A stretch of DNA of 64,000 nt from Oikopleura dioica (Eukaryota; Animalia; Chordata), in contig OU015567.1 in NCBI GenBank assembly GCA_907165135.1, positions 11,594,001-11,658,000 on the forward strand. Reading direction: 5' to 3'. This document shows positions 60,101-64,000 of the stretch, piece after piece; the stretch's first letter is position 1, and each line of letters opens with the position of its first letter. The notes below the pieces were generated by a model that was given only the letters and a program-made list of their open reading frames with translations, did not search any database and was not told the DNA's origin. Both the position numbers and the translations under genes were made by a program.

Positions 60101-61177
60101 AAAAAATTATCACCATCTGTTTAAAATTGTGCACTTACCGTTTACGCCCACCATTTGTTCAAATTTCAACGAAAAACTGTGACCCTTAAAAGTTGGTTGA
60201 TAATGTTATATTAACTGGCTCCCACAACTTCTAAACATAAGCCATTTTCGACCGACAAAAAGCTGCGTGTTTAGGGATGAAGGGCTTTCAAGCATCATCC
60301 GGCGGTATTTCTTCTTACCAACCTAAGCGGGTAAAAAGCAAGCCGCAGCGGATATCTTTATTCTGATAAAAACAGATCGAGTTCAAAACCGCTCAAAACA
60401 TCGTTTTACGAAGCGCTTTTTATTGAATAACTTTACGATTTGAATGCCCAGTCCTCACTCGTGTCTATCATTCTTAAACGGTCCATCTTTTACGAATCTC
60501 ACATGGTCGAATTTACGCCCAAGTTCAAATTGATTGACATTACGACATTTATAACATCCGGGCTTCGCTTTTTCCGGCGTCAAATAAACAAGGCCAAATG
60601 GAAAGCTTAGATTTGCACTTGTCGTTTTTTTTTTCTTGGCCTTGTAATCTTAAAATGGGAGGAGATAATGAAAGGGAGCTTTCTTTTCAGATTTGGCAAA
60701 ATTTCAGCTCATTAGCAAAAGTAACAACTAGTCAGAAAAATTGCCCCTTGTCCCGTGAATAACTCGACAAGGAGGGGCACTCATCTTTTCTGATTTATGA
60801 TGTTACTGTTTTCAAAAGAACTTGGGCAGAAACGGGGTCGAAAACCGGGGATATGCGAGCCCTAAATGTTTATATAATCTGCGTGATTATTTACAATCGC
60901 TATCACCGAGAAGAACCGCGGATTTTTTCAAATTTCTACTTTGCCAAATTTCAGTTTATCTCATTTCCCGTTTCCGTAGATTTATGAGCCGTAATATCGA
61001 ATTGAATAGACCCGTGGACTTGAGCGGCGACCATGGTCTTTGCCACGGTTCCGTTTCAGCTCTAGCAGATCAGAATGCTGACTTTATGGTGCTTTATTTT
61101 CAATTGAAAACATTAATGAAGAATTTATGAGTCTCGCTTCTCAACTGTCGATTTTGCGGTAACAGCCCTCCGCCAGT

Positions 61178-61411
61178 CTGAGCTCGGCAACCTGTGTAGA
61201 AAACCTGAGTCAGGGTCAGTACTGACCAAAAATGAAAAGCCGCGTAGCGGCTTTTTTTAAAACGAAGCCGCAAAGCGGCTTCGCCAGAAATCAGTTATTA
61301 ATCAACTTCCTGGATTTGCGGCTTCGTTTCTAAAAAAGCCGCTACGCGGCTTTTCATTTTAGATCTGTACTGACCCTGACTCAGGTTTTCTACACATGTT
61401 GCTGAGCCCAG
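61178..61411. mobile_element. Palindromic MITE with 8-bp TSD (hAT-like), 234 bp
   Basis: CTGAGCTCGGCAAC..GTTGCTGAGCCCAG with ~90-bp arms. TSD CCGCCAGT at 61170-61177 and 61412-61419. Nested AAGCCGC-N3-GCGGCTT palindromes. Confidence 0.9.
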
Positions 61412-61927
61412 CCGCCAGTTTCTATAAACTGCGGCTTATGCTTTTCAGAAAATGTTTTTTTTCCTATTTGTCTTGGCAGAAAGAGTCTTGATTTTTTTTT
61501 CAGCGTACTCTTCTTGGGCACACACCTGCCGGCAAATTTGACTTGGCTTGCGTTTGCTCAGATGCTGCGCGAAAGAATGTTCAAAATCGAAAGAATTGAT
61601 AAAACGTAATTTACGCCGCAAATTTGATCGCGCGGTTATGATTTTATTCACAGACGATCAAAGATTGAAAATTGAATAATTAATTAAGCAAAGTAAGCAG
61701 TTATTTACAAGGTTAATCATCGAAGAAAAAGGATGGCGGAATGTACAGATACAGTAGATGGAAGTTTTGTTCGAATATGGATACAGATATCTACAGAGGA
61801 GATGAAATGAATCGGTGTGATGTTAAATAATATTATTAAATAATTATTGCGTCAATTTACAAGACTCACGACACTTGAAGTGACTTGATTGAAGGAAAAA
61901 AACATTGACTGTATCTATTTATTTATC

Positions 61928-63561
61928 CTACTGTCTTGTTAGCTTCTCACGCGTTCCTACGTCTACCTCAGAGTAAATATGAATATCCATCTTTGAACAA
62001 ATAGAAAAGTTGGAGAAAGCTTGCTTAAAACGAAGCACGGTCACTTTTGGTTTCGCGAAGTTGGTTTGAACTTTAAGTCGGTTGGAGTTTGGATTGCCAT
62101 TTGGATCGTTTTTTGTACAGAAGGAGTTTTCTTCTTCAGTCGTCTATTTGATCAGCAGAGGGCGGGGAATGTCGTAAATCTGAACAAAGCGAAATTAGAT
62201 TATTTAATCAATTAGGTTAATTAAGAGTAGCGGGATTGATAAATTTCGATCGATTTCGACCAGAGAAGTTGACCTCAGCGGTTTGGCCGTGTCAACATGA
62301 CATTTGAGCGAATTAATTAATTGCCCCCTTTTTTCTAATTAACAAAATTTAGAAAGTTCCGATGATCGAAAAATAAAGAAGAAAGTTCATCCGAGCAAAT
62401 GGTAAAGCAAATAGAAGGCGCTCGATCATTCATTTTTGAATTGGGTGTGATAAATTGCCCAATTTCTACATCAATCGCTTCACTTTTGAAGCTTCCGGTA
62501 GTCAGAGAACATAATTGCCCATTTATTTGACGATTTTTTTACTTTACTTTGACTCATTATGACAGGCTTTTAGTAATTGCGGCCAATTTTCCTTTGAAAT
62601 TTATATTCTCATGATCGGTATCTGTTTTCTTAATATTTTACACGAGTGAAATATGGGACAATAGCCGTTGAATCGATTTTCGAGCTCAACTCGCCTCAAG
62701 ATAACGGTGATCTCGCCCTAAACAGCATATGGTGCAGCTCGCCCTCCTGCTGAGCGCAAATTTGATCCTGTCAGAGAAAATTGCTTTTCGCTGGCTAATT
62801 GCACTCCGAATAATGTGAGACGCAAATTTATCTTGCGCCACGGTCCCGCTTGGAATTCGCGAAAATTTTTCGGTAATAAAATCTTCGAAAAAGGAATTTT
62901 CAGGTTTTATTAACCTTTCGGAGGGTTAAAAGTTGGGGCAATTAATTTATACGTCCAAATGTCAAGTGCCGAAAATGATTTTTCAAGTACTTACATCGTC
63001 CTCCTCTTCTTCAACTTCCGAGATGATTCGATGAGGCCGCGGGATGTCATATTCGTCCTCTTCTTCCTCCTCAAGAATCTTTGTCGTCGAGCCAAAGGGT
63101 CGAGGAACGTCGTAGTCTTCGTCATCCATGAAGTTCTCGGCGGGCTGTCCGTCTGGAACAACGCGGGCGTTCGGGCTAGTTACTGGGACATCGTAGTCCT
63201 CCTCGTCGTCGTCGTATTGGTTAAGCGATGCTCTTGGTGTCTCCGTGCTGACTGGGCGCGTCTTCTGAGCTGGCAGCTGATCGTAATCTTCGTAATCATC
63301 CTCTTCGTCGACTTCGTATTGGTCCGAGAATCCCCTCGAGCTTCGTTCGGAACCGATTCCAGAGGTGCTCGCAGATCTTGCCGAGTAGATATCTCCACTC
63401 AAACCTTTGCCATTCGACGATCCACCCTTTGTCAAGTCGATGACGGAACCGAGAGTTTCTTCAATCTGCGCCTTGATGATCTCTTGCTCTTCGGCGGTAG
63501 AATGTCTCTTCTCGCAAATCTCTGAGTCTTCTTTAGTTCTGCAGCTAACGCAAGCTCCCAT
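61928..63561 (-). CDS. Lipid-anchored acidic phosphotyrosine adaptor-like protein with YDxP repeats
   Basis: MGACVSC N-terminus, then DYEDYDQLP, DYDVP x2, EYDIP. Donor at 62993 joins in frame to exon 62143-61928 (..DIHIYSEV..RQ*). Confidence 0.65.
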
Positions 63562-64000
63562 TTTTTCTGATTTCTGTTTGAGTTACTCTTCGAGTACAAT
63601 TCTGTATTGTTCGTTTGAAAAATATATTATGATTGCGTGAAGATCTTGCGCGGGGTGTATTATTTCGCGCAGAGTGCGCTGCGCGGGGCACCCCCAGCGC
63701 GCCATCCACGAGCAGGCGCTAAGGTGCGATCTCCAACCAGCGGCTTTTGAGCTTTTCGTTCATCTGATGGTCAAGTTGCGAGGCGGCTGGCCACCTGCTG
63801 CGTGTAGATGGGGACTCTAAGAATCGGTAGCAAGGTTAATTATTGATACGGAACAAGATGGCAACAGGACAAGGTGGTTTTCTACGAACAGGTCGATAGA
63901 ATTCAACTGCAGGAAGTTTCAGTCTGCCTTGAAGCTTGTCTTCTCTTCCAAATTGTAGATATATATTCAGGATCCTTTATTTTGAGGAAGAAAAAGTAGC

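Noticed and set aside
57200-61130. Short ORFs and a TATA-like site (59522) in the long intergenic region
   Set aside because: No recognisable motifs, and I could not build a frame-consistent exon chain.
62959-63525. 188-aa hydrophobic + strand ORF
   Set aside because: It is the antisense shadow of the acidic YDxP exon. The same applies to most other short overlapping ORFs in the track.

Overview
Compact eukaryotic genomic DNA, gene-dense, with many ~40-nt introns and frequent GA/GC/GG-AG introns. This most resembles the larvacean tunicate Oikopleura (inference). I reconstructed about 21 spliced protein-coding genes by hand: CYB5R, two tandem RING paralogues, an NRF-6/OACYL-type acyltransferase, ATG2, an LRR-Ig GPI protein, a ZFP36/TIS11 homologue, an MPP-beta/UQCRC1-like peptidase, ATP6V1F, NRAMP/SLC11, CCDC177 with a nested antisense RING gene, SRRM1, POLR3B, a mucin-somatomedin-B protein, a carboxylesterase interrupted by a 1.5-kb foldback hAT element, a Tctex1-domain dynein light chain, a kinase fused to a papain-like domain, a lipid-anchored YDxP adaptor and a few orphans. 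The window also holds one tRNA-Met(CAT), four candidate intronic H/ACA snoRNAs and five non-autonomous DNA transposons. The main signal is about 19 introns in 7 genes, almost all with non-GT donors (GA, GC, GG, and apparently TG, TC, AT). Each has a short RNA stem pairing roughly intron +2..+7 with a segment ending 6-11 nt before the 3' AG. The stems differ in sequence and use G-U pairs, which suggests a structure-defined class of introns. Secondary highlights are a kinase/papain-like cysteine protease fusion and a cluster of four H/ACA snoRNAs inside a cell-surface gene. Exon boundaries come from reading frame and homology, not from transcript data.
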